From positions 1 to 42,546 of IMG/VR virus record IMGVR_UViG_3300011338_000488: DNA of 42,546 bases, one strand, 5' to 3'. A program made the position numbers and the translations under genes. Positions 1 to 8,431 of this stretch are shown here, one piece after another. How positions within the stretch are numbered: position 1 is the first letter of the stretch; every line of letters starts with the position of its first letter. Source of the DNA: a virus. Lineage: Duplodnaviria; Caudoviricetes. The notes under the pieces were generated by a model. The model had not been told where the DNA came from, did not search any database, and was given only the letters and a program-made list of their open reading frames with translations.

Positions 1-96
1 GTAGTTTTGGCGCTTAGTGTCATCCTTTATATAGGCATCCATTTTTAGCGCTTCATCTTTAAGTTCGGCTAATAAGTTGATAGCTTCCGTTGTCAT
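1..96 (-). CDS. hypothetical protein, runs off left edge (MTTEAINLLAELKDEALKMDAYIKDDTKRQNY...)
   Basis: Translated by hand: ATG at 96, open to base 1, same strand as the operon; not in ORF track. Confidence 0.5.
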   Translation of the reverse strand, partial: MTTEAINLLAELKDEALKMDAYIKDDTKRQNY

Positions 97-325
97 TGGT
101 ATCGTTATTATAATTATTTAATAATCCTTTGTCTAAAATAAACTGTAATGTATCTGCACATTTTAAAAAACCGCGTTCGTATTCTTGTTCGCATTGTTCC
201 TTTTCCATTTCAAGGGCTTGTTTAACAAATTCAGGCAAACATTTAATTGAATGTATTTTGTCTGAATATATTATTTCAATCTTACCATTTTCGATTTGTT
301 CAACTAAATATTGTATTGCGGTCAT
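59..325 (-). CDS. small hypothetical phage protein (MTA...ALEMEKEQ family), paralog of 41324..41524
   Basis: Start overlaps stop of upstream gene; shares MTA(I/V) start and ALEMEKEQ motif with 41324..41524. Confidence 0.7.
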   Translation of the reverse strand: MTAIQYLVEQIENGKIEIIYSDKIHSIKCLPEFVKQALEMEKEQCEQEYERGFLKCADTLQFILDKGLLNNYNNDTNDNGSYQLISRT

Positions 326-696
326 ATCTCATCCGCTTTAAAGTCTTCATCAACCCAGCGCAAAATATCACCGATGCCGCCCGATTTTCTGACTTGTTTA
401 ATAAAATTGATTTGTTCTTTTGTTGCTTTGCCGCTTAGGTTTTTCACTTCGAGGGCTGTAAATATAGCAATTTTTTTACCTATCATATCTTTAGTAATGA
501 TTTTTTCAGTCCATCCGATTAAATCAGAACTGCCAACACAAAGCCCAAATGTTATCTGCCGCGGTTCAGTTATTATAGGGCGGCTGTTGATAACCGCCCG
601 TTTGCCCTGAAATGCTGTACCTGTGTTATTCCGAAATAAAACGCCGAACTTACTGTGCCGCGCTTGTAATTCTTTGTATAAGTGTTGTTCTTTCAT
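322..696 (-). CDS. VRR-NUC domain nuclease
   Basis: FRNNTG, GSSDLIG, ALEVK, EQINF...GG motifs of VRR-NUC PD-(D/E)XK nucleases; same operon as SF2 helicase. Confidence 0.85.
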   Translation of the reverse strand: MKEQHLYKELQARHSKFGVLFRNNTGTAFQGKRAVINSRPIITEPRQITFGLCVGSSDLIGWTEKIITKDMIGKKIAIFTALEVKNLSGKATKEQINFIKQVRKSGGIGDILRWVDEDFKADEI

Positions 697-977
697 AACT
701 TCGATAAATCGGATTCTAAGCGTTCTAAAAATGATTCATCGCCATCGTCACCAGAAAGAAGCCAATCTATGCGATGCGCGTAAATGTGAGCCTTTTTAAG
801 AAATTCTAAACCTTCTTTAAATTTAGCTATTACTTCAGGTGGGTATTCATAGTAGTTTTCATCCTCCCAAGATTCCCTACGTTCACGCTTTTTGCCGTTT
901 TTTAAAATTACATCTTCTAACTCTTCAGCTATTTGATGTATTTTATACTGGTTGTATTCAAAATAACCTCCGCTCAT
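693..977 (-). CDS. hypothetical phage protein (MSGGYFEY...IDWLLSGDDG)
   Basis: ATGA-coupled ORF in operon. Confidence 0.75.
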   Translation of the reverse strand: MSGGYFEYNQYKIHQIAEELEDVILKNGKKRERRESWEDENYYEYPPEVIAKFKEGLEFLKKAHIYAHRIDWLLSGDDGDESFLERLESDLSKL

Positions 978-1255
978 GATTTTTTCTTTGTTTTAGGTGA
1001 ACAGCCTAACCAAAAGCTAAATGCAAATGCTTTAGCGCGGTGGCCTTTAATTTTATACTTTGCTATCGTTTCATCTAAAATGCGCTGCATCGTATCGTGT
1101 TCGCATTCGTATTCTAAAAACTTAATTTGTTTTTCGCCGCGCTCGTTTAGTTCGGCATTAGCTACCAATTCATCGAAATCGGCTGGCGGTTCAGATACTG
1201 CATAAACTCGCCTATAAATTTCTAATAAAATCTCATAATCTGTTTTTCGTTTCAT
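974..1255 (-). CDS. hypothetical protein
   Basis: ATGA-coupled ORF in operon. Confidence 0.7.
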   Translation of the reverse strand: MKRKTDYEILLEIYRRVYAVSEPPADFDELVANAELNERGEKQIKFLEYECEHDTMQRILDETIAKYKIKGHRAKAFAFSFWLGCSPKTKKKS

Positions 1256-1707
1256 AGCGTTTTGAATTTATGTAAGTAATTTAATGTTGCATTGCTTTTA
1301 TAGCCTTCAGAACCGCCGCACCACATCCGCGCTAACTGTTCGTATGTTGGATAATGTCCGTGCTTTTGTGCGTATGTATGGCAGAAAATACCCATCGTAG
1401 CCCAAAAAACATGTACTGATTTTTCATGTTTAAACATATCATCGTGAGAATAGCCTAATAGGTCAGTTAGTCCGCTACCTTTAACGCAAATGTTGTAAAT
1501 CTGAAATCTACCTTTACCGTAGCCGCCTACCTCTGTTAAACTGTCATTGTTGCCTGTTTCTATTTGGCCTATCTTGCGTATAAATTCTGAATCGCAAGTG
1601 TCGCGGTAAATGGTAATCGTTTTTACTATTACAGTAGGTTGGGGTTGTTTTTGTTGGCAGCCAAAAAGTACTGAAATTAAGATTAGAAAAGCTATTAATT
1701 GTTTCAT
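1252..1707 (-). CDS. lysozyme-superfamily (i-type/destabilase-like) putative lipoprotein
   Basis: Signal peptide ending LFG-C; IETG candidate catalytic Glu, GRFQI motif, C-terminal ARMWCGG..G resembling i-type ARIHNGGP.G. Confidence 0.65.
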   Translation of the reverse strand: MKQLIAFLILISVLFGCQQKQPQPTVIVKTITIYRDTCDSEFIRKIGQIETGNNDSLTEVGGYGKGRFQIYNICVKGSGLTDLLGYSHDDMFKHEKSVHVFWATMGIFCHTYAQKHGHYPTYEQLARMWCGGSEGYKSNATLNYLHKFKTL

Positions 1708-1773
1708 TGTTTAAAATTTTAGATGGTGTGTAATAAATGCCTAATTTGTCGTAGGCTTGGTTTAGAAAGTGTT

Positions 1774-2004
1774 TCATGTCAATTGTTTTTGATTGTCCAT
1801 CGGAATAAAACCAGTGCCGCTACCTTCAGCACCAACCATGCGCAAAAAATCTACTTCAACTTTTGCGGATTGCACTAATACACTTGCTATTTGTGCAACG
1901 GCTTCAGCGCGCTGTGTTTCTATTTCTAAATCAGCATCATCATCCATTAAGCGTTCAATCTGTTCGAATAGCATGTTTCTAAGGTCTTGAATCTTGTTTC
2001 TCAT
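1774..2004 (-). CDS. hypothetical phage protein (DLRNMLFEQIERL)
   Basis: Coupled to the HNH gene; helical. Confidence 0.75.
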   Translation of the reverse strand: MRNKIQDLRNMLFEQIERLMDDDADLEIETQRAEAVAQIASVLVQSAKVEVDFLRMVGAEGSGTGFIPMDNQKQLT

Positions 2005-2587
2005 TGATTTTCTTTTTAAGTTTTTTTAATAATCTGATTGCTTGTTTTAACTCAGTTGGGAATCTTTGCATAGCGTTTAATCGCATATTATCGGCCCGTG
2101 ATATTAGTTCAATGTTTGATATATCATAGTTTTCACGGTTACCATCTTTAAGCCTTAAAACATAGCCTTTAGGAACTTTGCCGTTAACTTTTTCCCATAT
2201 CAAATAATGCTTTCTAACCCATTTTTTATGCGCTATCTTTACTAATACATAGCCTTCTTTATTTATCCGCGTTTCACCTTCGTTTCGGGTGTTGTGCGGC
2301 AAATTACCTTTTTTAAAACTTGTTGCATTTGCACCCATATAGGCTTTTACGTTTTTGTTCCAAGGCGTTTGCCCTTTTTGAAAGCGTTTTGTAGTATTTT
2401 TTCTTAGGTTTTCTATATCTTGTAATCGGCGCTTTTCTTCATATGTTGCCGATTTTTTTAAGTTATTAAAATATGCTTGGTTGTAAATTGCACCTGATGT
2501 TTTATTCAGCATCTGCATAAGTTCGTGAATACTTAAATCTGCATAATGCTGTTTTAATAGTTCTATTTCGTGCGGTTTCCATTTCAT
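1979..2587 (-). CDS. HNH endonuclease (HNH_3-like, possibly degenerate)
   Basis: FQKGQTPWNK/FKKGNLPHN repeats, H..IWEKVNG.VPKG...KDGNRENYDISNIELISR; usual His before KDG replaced by Leu. Confidence 0.8.
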   Translation of the reverse strand: MKWKPHEIELLKQHYADLSIHELMQMLNKTSGAIYNQAYFNNLKKSATYEEKRRLQDIENLRKNTTKRFQKGQTPWNKNVKAYMGANATSFKKGNLPHNTRNEGETRINKEGYVLVKIAHKKWVRKHYLIWEKVNGKVPKGYVLRLKDGNRENYDISNIELISRADNMRLNAMQRFPTELKQAIRLLKKLKKKINEKQDSRP

Positions 2588-3258
2588 GGTATAAATAGTT
2601 TTGTTTGTGCTGAGTGATTAAAAAAACGTTTCTTTGCGGCTTCGTAATATTCCGCGTCAAGTTCGCAGGCTGTCAAGTCAAAGCCGTAATCATGGCATGC
2701 AATGGCTATTGAACCGCTGCCTAAATGCGTATCAAGTATTTTATCGCCTTGCTTTGCGTATTTGTCTAATAACCATTTGTAAAGTGCAACGGGTTTTTGG
2801 GTAGGATGTATCCTTTCAATTTGGTGTTTCTTTTTAAATCCAGCCCATAAGTATTCGTATTTATTGCACTTTCTATCAAAGCTACTCCAAGCCAATTCAC
2901 ACATTGATAAATGTTCTTTTATATCAGCTTGTTTATCCCAAACTATCCATCCTTTTGATGGCTTCAAATATTCAGTAAAATAGTTTCCACCCCAAACAAT
3001 TTGATTTTTTGATACACGAAACAACTCTTTGAAATAATCTTCATTTGGTATTTCGCTATCATCAAAAGTTTTATAGTGTTGGCTTTTGGGGTTCTTCCAT
3101 TTTACTGTTGGTCTATCGCCTGTAACATTTCTTTGCCCATTTTCTCCAATCCCATAAGGCGGGTCAACTATCGCCAAATCAAAATACTTATCAGGATACC
3201 TTGCCATTAGCTCCATATTATCCTCGTTTGTTACCGTTATTTTATCGCTCCATCTCAT
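2584..3258 (-). CDS. site-specific DNA methyltransferase (N6-A/N4-C, beta class)
   Basis: DPPY motif IV, HPTQKP, DTHLGSGS motif I. Confidence 0.92.
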   Translation of the reverse strand: MRWSDKITVTNEDNMELMARYPDKYFDLAIVDPPYGIGENGQRNVTGDRPTVKWKNPKSQHYKTFDDSEIPNEDYFKELFRVSKNQIVWGGNYFTEYLKPSKGWIVWDKQADIKEHLSMCELAWSSFDRKCNKYEYLWAGFKKKHQIERIHPTQKPVALYKWLLDKYAKQGDKILDTHLGSGSIAIACHDYGFDLTACELDAEYYEAAKKRFFNHSAQTKLFIP

Positions 3259-3259
3259 A

Positions 3260-3436
3260 CTAAAATAGTGTTAGTTGTTCTTCAAATAATAATTCATCTT
3301 TACTGCATAAGTGCGCCCACTTAGGACCGAATCTAACATGATACCAAACAACGCTTTTATCTTTGTTATGAAACGCTATGTATTCTATTTTACCTGGTAT
3401 CATTTTACCATCTGAGCGCTTATAAATTACTTTCAT
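3260..3436 (-). CDS. small hypothetical protein, 58 aa (MKVIYKRSDGKMIPGKIEY...EEQLTLF)
   Basis: Translated by hand; exactly fills the helicase-methylase gap; below ORF-track cutoff. Confidence 0.7.
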   Translation of the reverse strand: MKVIYKRSDGKMIPGKIEYIAFHNKDKSVVWYHVRFGPKWAHLCSKDELLFEEQLTLF

Positions 3437-3437
3437 A

Positions 3438-4943
3438 CTAATACCGTTTACTTCTTAAAAAATTATTCCATGCTCTTTTTGCGGCTGCTTTTAAGTCATT
3501 CTTATCGGTAGCATCCAAACCGTATTTTTTATTTATCCAATCAATACTGCCGTTTTCTTTTAAGATACGGCTTTCAAAAATGTAATAAACCCAATTGTCT
3601 TTGTGCCCGCGCTTGTTTTTCAGTTCCCACAAATCCGCTAACGTTCTGCTTTGTGCTTGTTCACTTTTTTTCGCCTTTAGCAGTTCATCTAAGGTTGTAT
3701 TATCTTTTACCGCAACGCCTGCAACTTCTTCAATCTGTTGTATCTTTATTTCGGGTTTATTGCCGCAATACGGGCACTTATCTAAAGTTTTAACGTAAGT
3801 TCTTAAACATTCGGTGCAATCGGCATATTCATTTTCAAATATTTCAGTATCGCGTTTTTTCTTTTGCACACCTTCTAATGTCCATTCGCGTGTCTGTAGT
3901 GGATGACCGTGCATTTTCTGATTCCCTACGTGGTCTAAAATTAAACAGCGGTTTTTACCTTGCATCGGCCTTAAACCGCGGCCAACTATCTGAAGATATA
4001 AACTAAGGGACATAGTACGTCTAAGCATGCCTACAACACTAACCGCGGGAATATCTGTACCTTCGCTTATAAGGTCACAAAATGTTACTATATGTAGTGC
4101 ACCCGATGCTAAACCTTCAAACGCGGCTTTAACTTCAGCATCTTCTAAATTTCCATGAACTGCAACCGCTTTAAATCCTGCAGCATTAAACGCCGCTGCT
4201 ACATTTTCCGAATGCTTAATATTTACGCAAGAATAAATAGCAGGTTCACCCGGTGCCAAACGTTTATATTCATCAACTGCATTGCCTGTTATCGCTGGTT
4301 TGTCCATTTCCTTAAATAGTTCATCCGCTTTATATTCGCCGTTCCTATCTTTTTTAATCTTTGTAAAATCCGCCAACGGTTTGAAATTATAATATTCAGG
4401 CATCACCAAATTGCCCATTTGCACTAATTCAGCAGGTAACGGTCCTAAAACTAAATCACTAAACACATCGCCAAGTCCTTGTCCATCGCCGCGCCAAGGT
4501 GTAGCAGTAACGCCAAGCACAAAAACCTTTTCGCCATAAAAATCTAAAATGTCCTTCCATGTACCAGCGTTGGCGTGATGCGCTTCATCTATAATCAATA
4601 GGTCGGGCATTGGTACTTCTTTTAATCTATTTTTAAGGCTTTGAACGCTGCATACTTGCGCAGGTAAATAATACTGCTTAGGTCGGTTGCCAGCTATAAA
4701 ACCGTGTCTTAAATTATAACGCTTGCATCGTTCGCTAATCTGATTCACTAAGTTTTTTTTATGCACTAAGAAATAAACGCGCTTACCTTTACTGATTGAT
4801 TCTAAAGCCATATAAATAAATGTTTCAGTTTTTCCGCCACCAGTAGGTAGTACAAACAATACTTTACGGTTGCCGCTTTTATAACTCTCTCTTATGTCGC
4901 TTACGCTTTTGGATTGATATGGCCTTAGCTGTATGGTGTTCAT
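3438..4943 (-). CDS. SF2 DEAH-box helicase with C-terminal Zn ribbon
   Basis: LRPYQ, PTGGGKT, DEAHH, TATP, QIVGRGLR; CTEC...CPYC. Confidence 0.93.
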   Translation of the reverse strand: MNTIQLRPYQSKSVSDIRESYKSGNRKVLFVLPTGGGKTETFIYMALESISKGKRVYFLVHKKNLVNQISERCKRYNLRHGFIAGNRPKQYYLPAQVCSVQSLKNRLKEVPMPDLLIIDEAHHANAGTWKDILDFYGEKVFVLGVTATPWRGDGQGLGDVFSDLVLGPLPAELVQMGNLVMPEYYNFKPLADFTKIKKDRNGEYKADELFKEMDKPAITGNAVDEYKRLAPGEPAIYSCVNIKHSENVAAAFNAAGFKAVAVHGNLEDAEVKAAFEGLASGALHIVTFCDLISEGTDIPAVSVVGMLRRTMSLSLYLQIVGRGLRPMQGKNRCLILDHVGNQKMHGHPLQTREWTLEGVQKKKRDTEIFENEYADCTECLRTYVKTLDKCPYCGNKPEIKIQQIEEVAGVAVKDNTTLDELLKAKKSEQAQSRTLADLWELKNKRGHKDNWVYYIFESRILKENGSIDWINKKYGLDATDKNDLKAAAKRAWNNFLRSKRY

Positions 4944-5115
4944 TTTCTAATTTTGTTAATTCTGTTTGCAGTTTGTCAAGTATTATTAAAGTTTGCGGTT
5001 CGACCTTAGACCAGTATTCAACCGTTTGCCTACCAACTTCGGCGCGCCTACATAATTCCGAAATGCTGATGCCTAAGATGTGGCATCGAATTGATAATTT
5101 TTCAAAAGTTTTCAT
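4879..5115 (-). CDS. small HTH DNA-binding protein (Cro/XRE-like)
   Basis: GISISELCRRAEVGRQTVEYW helix-turn-helix; first gene after a divergent promoter. Confidence 0.65.
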   Translation of the reverse strand: MKTFEKLSIRCHILGISISELCRRAEVGRQTVEYWSKVEPQTLIILDKLQTELTKLENEHHTAKAISIQKRKRHKREL

Positions 5116-5134
5116 ATTTTTTTGTTTAAATGTG

Positions 5135-5164
5135 TTGCAAAGTTAAAAACCTTTTTTAATTTTG
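5135..5164. promoter_or_regulatory. overlapping divergent Bacteroidota-type promoters
   Basis: + strand TTG(5135-37)-N19-TAATTTTG(5157-64); - strand TAACTTTG (5138-45); between divergent operons. Confidence 0.7.
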
Positions 5165-5197
5165 TGCTATTATTTAATAAAATATTTTTAAAAAATT

Positions 5198-5953
5198 ATG
5201 ACAAACCAAGAGTATCACAAAAAAACCGACTTCATTAGCAAGTCACTTTTAGACTTAGTACATAAGTCACCAGCGCACTATTTAGCCTATATAGAAGGTG
5301 AAAAACAAGCGCCAACATCAGCTATGAATTTAGGAAGCTTAGTTCATTCGGTTGTATTCGACCAAGACAATTACGCCGTTATGCCCGAATGCGACCGCCG
5401 TACAAAAGAAGGTAAAGCTATTTACGAATCGTTTTTAGCAGAATCTGAAGGCAAAGAATTATTCGTATCGGCCAAAGATTATGAATTAGCGCTAAACATT
5501 CGAAACGCTGTTTTAGCACATCCGAAGGCGGCGTTACTTTTAGAACAAGGCCAAGCTGAAATAGCATTTTGGGGTAGAATATCTGATATGGCTGCTAAAT
5601 GTAAAGTAGATTTTCTAAACACAAAATATAACGTTTGCATCGACCTAAAAACAACGACTAATTCAGCACCGAGCGAATTTGCTAAATCCATCTATAATTA
5701 CCGTTATCATGTCCAAGCGGCGTTCTATATGGACCTAACAAAAGCTGAACGGTTTATATTTATAGCAGTTGAAAAGGAAGCGCCGTTTAATGTAGAACTT
5801 TACGAACTTGATAACGAAGCTATCGAACGCGGCCGCCAAGAATATTTGGCCGATATTGAAACGCTAAAAAAATGTAAGGAAAACGGCATTTATCACGGTT
5901 ATACAACTGATAACAAAATACATATTATTTCATTGCCTACATGGGCTAAATAA
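5198..5953 (+). CDS. PD-(D/E)XK exonuclease, RecE/exonuclease VIII-like
   Basis: YH...ISKS.L, GSLVH, KCKVD, IDLKTT, YHVQAAFY, FIFIAVEK. Confidence 0.88.
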   Translation: MTNQEYHKKTDFISKSLLDLVHKSPAHYLAYIEGEKQAPTSAMNLGSLVHSVVFDQDNYAVMPECDRRTKEGKAIYESFLAESEGKELFVSAKDYELALNIRNAVLAHPKAALLLEQGQAEIAFWGRISDMAAKCKVDFLNTKYNVCIDLKTTTNSAPSEFAKSIYNYRYHVQAAFYMDLTKAERFIFIAVEKEAPFNVELYELDNEAIERGRQEYLADIETLKKCKENGIYHGYTTDNKIHIISLPTWAK

Positions 5954-5958
5954 ATCAC

Positions 5959-5980
5959 TGAGCGACATTGATGTCGGTCA
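5959..5980. repeat. intergenic palindrome TGA-g-CGACAT-tg-ATGTCG-g-TCA
   Basis: Read directly; 9-bp stem with one G.G mismatch, no U-tract. Confidence 0.7.
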
Positions 5981-6010
5981 CCTATTAAATCATCTTATAA
6001 ACTTCAAATC

Positions 6011-6364
6011 ATGCAAAAAGAATATCTGTATTTATTAGAATGCGAGCAATACTACAAAATAGGTATATCAAATAATCCTAAAATGAGATTTACTGCAATA
6101 AGAACAGCAAACCCATTTGAAGTAAAACCTGTAATGTGTATTTTCACTTACAATAGAAAAAAAACCAAGCAATTAGAATCAATGCTACATTCAAGATTTA
6201 AAAGAATGCAGCATAGAAACGAATGGTTTACAAAATCACAAGAAATTGTAAATCTAATTAAATCAAAAGTAGATAATAAAGAAATTTTCTTATTCGAAGA
6301 TTTTGAATGGATGTATTATGGCGTTCATTCATCACCACTAAACACAAATATTTCAAACATTTAA
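6011..6364 (+). CDS. GIY-YIG nuclease (T5orf172/MUG113-like)
   Basis: YLYLL...YYKIGISNNP..R...I.TANP, LESMLH, NEWF. Confidence 0.85.
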   Translation: MQKEYLYLLECEQYYKIGISNNPKMRFTAIRTANPFEVKPVMCIFTYNRKKTKQLESMLHSRFKRMQHRNEWFTKSQEIVNLIKSKVDNKEIFLFEDFEWMYYGVHSSPLNTNISNI

Positions 6365-6376
6365 TAACTTCAAACC

Positions 6377-6910
6377 ATGCAACAACTAACAAAACTGCCA
6401 ACACTTCAGGAACTTCTAACTGACACAGAAGACAGCCTAAAGCAAAACGCTTTGACCGTATTATTGAACCAGGACCCGCCCGCAAAGTGGTTAGTTCAAC
6501 ATCCGATGATACGCGATTACCGGTACATACCTATTGAGAAAATTGAATACCTGTTAACCCGTATCTTTGGCGGCTTTAACGTAGAAATTCGCGCTACACA
6601 AATAGTAGCTAATTCAGTAGTAGTAACTGTTAGGCTACATGTAATTAACCCTATAAACGGTCAGCCAATGTGGCAGGATGGTATTGGTGCTGCTCCGATA
6701 CAAACCGACAAAGAAGCAAGCGCAACAGATTGGAGTAAAGTAAAAACCGATGGTGTACAAAAAGCTGCACCAGCTGCCGAAACTTACGCCGTTAAAGATG
6801 CAGCTGAAAAGTTCGGTAAAATATTTGGCCGTGATGTAGCGCGTAAAGGTTCAATGAATTATACTGATTTGCTGAAAAAATCAAGTTTAAATGATGAATT
6901 AGAAAAATAA
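6377..6910 (+). CDS. single-strand annealing protein (Rad52/Sak-like recombinase)
   Basis: YIPI..IE..L..IFG, VVVTVRL, DGIG, A.TYAVKDAA..FG.IFGRD; next to RecE-like exonuclease. Confidence 0.75.
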   Translation: MQQLTKLPTLQELLTDTEDSLKQNALTVLLNQDPPAKWLVQHPMIRDYRYIPIEKIEYLLTRIFGGFNVEIRATQIVANSVVVTVRLHVINPINGQPMWQDGIGAAPIQTDKEASATDWSKVKTDGVQKAAPAAETYAVKDAAEKFGKIFGRDVARKGSMNYTDLLKKSSLNDELEK

Positions 6911-6920
6911 ATTTATTTAA

Positions 6921-6948
6921 AGCCCTGCAAAAATGTAGGGTTTTTTAT
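6921..6948 (+). terminator. intrinsic terminator
   Basis: AGCCCTGCA-AAAA-TGTAGGGTT followed by T-run after recombinase. Confidence 0.8.
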
Positions 6949-6956
6949 TTATAACC

Positions 6957-6987
6957 TTTGAAATATAAATTTAAAATACTATCTTTG
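6957..6987 (+). promoter_or_regulatory. Bacteroidota sigma-A promoter
   Basis: TTTG(6957-60)-N19-TATCTTTG(6980-87), exact consensus and spacing. Confidence 0.8.
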
Positions 6988-7015
6988 TAGTATTAATAAT
7001 TAAAATTTATATTTT

Positions 7016-7708
7016 ATGAAATCAAATGTAATTATGCAATCAAAAGACCGTGAACTTTTTGGTATTACGATTAAACAAGAAACTAAAACAGGATTTTTAT
7101 CTGTATCTGCATTACAAAAAGCATATGAATCAGCAAGGTGGGAATATGGTTGGTCTGAAAGGTCATTAACTTGGATTATGCAAACACAAGATTTTAAAGA
7201 ACGTGTTTATTATTTGCTTGAAAATCAAGGTTACATAAACGAGTCAATTAACACTTTTATAGAGCGTATAAATGAGATTGGAATTGCAAAGTTATTAAAG
7301 TCATTAGGAGTTTATAAAACTACAGGTGCAAGACATACAAAAGAAGTTATGTGCAATCCTTATATATGGGTTTTACTTGCAATGGAATTAAATCCAATGA
7401 TTTATGCAAAGGTTGTTATTTGGTTAACTGATAGCTTAATTTTTGATAGGATTGAAGCTGGTACTGAATATAAACCAATGAATGATTCTATTAAAAAGAT
7501 TATACATAATCCTGAATATTTTAAATATGCAATTGCTATAAATGAACGTGTTTTTGGAAAACATTTTGCAGGAATGAGAAATTTAGCATCTGCAAATGAA
7601 CTTAAAAAAATTACAAAAATAGAGCAATTTATTACACAGGGTATAGACTTAGGAATGATTAAAAATGAATCTCAGATTCTTTATACTATCAAAACGTTAA
7701 ATGTATGA
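7016..7708 (+). CDS. KilA-N-like DNA-binding protein
   Basis: IKQETKTGFLSVSAL, TTGARH...MCNPYIWVLLAMELNP..YAKV..WL pattern of KilA-N/APSES domains. Confidence 0.7.
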   Translation: MKSNVIMQSKDRELFGITIKQETKTGFLSVSALQKAYESARWEYGWSERSLTWIMQTQDFKERVYYLLENQGYINESINTFIERINEIGIAKLLKSLGVYKTTGARHTKEVMCNPYIWVLLAMELNPMIYAKVVIWLTDSLIFDRIEAGTEYKPMNDSIKKIIHNPEYFKYAIAINERVFGKHFAGMRNLASANELKKITKIEQFITQGIDLGMIKNESQILYTIKTLNV

Positions 7709-7974
7709 AACTACTTCAAATCTTTAAACGCAGCCTTTGCACTCAGTACATTATGTTAGATGATTCTGATTATGACAAATGCAAAGATTACCGATGGCAT
7801 TTTGATAAAAACAGGGTTAAGAGCAGCACTGGCATTCTTTTGCATCATTTATTGTTCCCGCTTAAAAATCATGATTTAAAGTACACTATGACGTTTTTAG
7901 ATGGTGACCCGTTGAACTATCAAAAAGAAAATATTGAATTTTCACATAGAAAAGTTTTAAAGTCTGAAAACTAA
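7705..7974 (+). CDS. HNH-like protein, probably degenerate
   Basis: LDDSDY...YRW...LLHH...DGDPLNYQKENI resembles HNH_3 without the catalytic His. Confidence 0.55.
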   Translation: MKLLQIFKRSLCTQYIMLDDSDYDKCKDYRWHFDKNRVKSSTGILLHHLLFPLKNHDLKYTMTFLDGDPLNYQKENIEFSHRKVLKSEN

Positions 7975-8007
7975 TACTTACTTTTGCCTCAACTGCGGTT
8001 CTCCGCT

Positions 8008-8039
8008 AACCGCTGTTCAACAAGTGCAGCGGTTTTTTT
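8008..8039 (+). terminator. intrinsic terminator
   Basis: AACCGCTG...CAGCGGTT followed by T-run. Confidence 0.75.
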
Positions 8040-8047
8040 ATTTGAAA

Positions 8048-8335
8048 TGTTAACAAATGTTACGCAGCATGTAACACCTAAACGATTGATTCTAAACTTT
8101 GTTACGCTGTTAACACCAGTTACGGGTTTTTTCTCACATACATGGACGCATACATACACATGCGTAGTTAAACTTAAAATACATATATGTGAGCGTTATA
8201 GTGTAACAGGTGTAAACATGTAACATGTACTATATATCAATTAGTTATGTGTTACACTTAATGTAACAAGTGTTAACAATAATAATAAATAATAATAATA
8301 ATATAAATAATAATACTAATAATAATATAGATATA
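8048..8335. repeat. iterated inverted-repeat locus plus (AAT)n tract: candidate replication origin or packaging site
   Basis: 76-bp arms 8048-8123 and 8203-8278 are imperfect inverted copies with 6 GTTAC/GTAAC/GTTAAC-type boxes each; nearly pure A/T tract follows. Confidence 0.75.
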
Positions 8336-8431
8336 GGCTTAAAAAGCATTTAAACGGCATTTTAAGACATTTTTATATTAAAGTGGTGTATAGATATCAA
8401 AACTTATTAAAAGTTGCTTAAAACGTAAATT

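Noticed and set aside
1544-1777. 77-aa minus-strand ORF
   Set aside because: Mostly overlaps the lysozyme-like gene in another frame with no motif; only the first ~24 codons are unique, so unsupported
1979-3258. Methyltransferase plus adjacent HNH as a restriction-modification system
   Set aside because: HNH is of the common free-standing phage type and looks degenerate; orphan methylases are routine in phages
7984-8223. 79-aa ORF in the ORF track
   Set aside because: TTG start, crosses a terminator and the inverted-repeat array; VT-rich translation just reflects the GTTAC boxes
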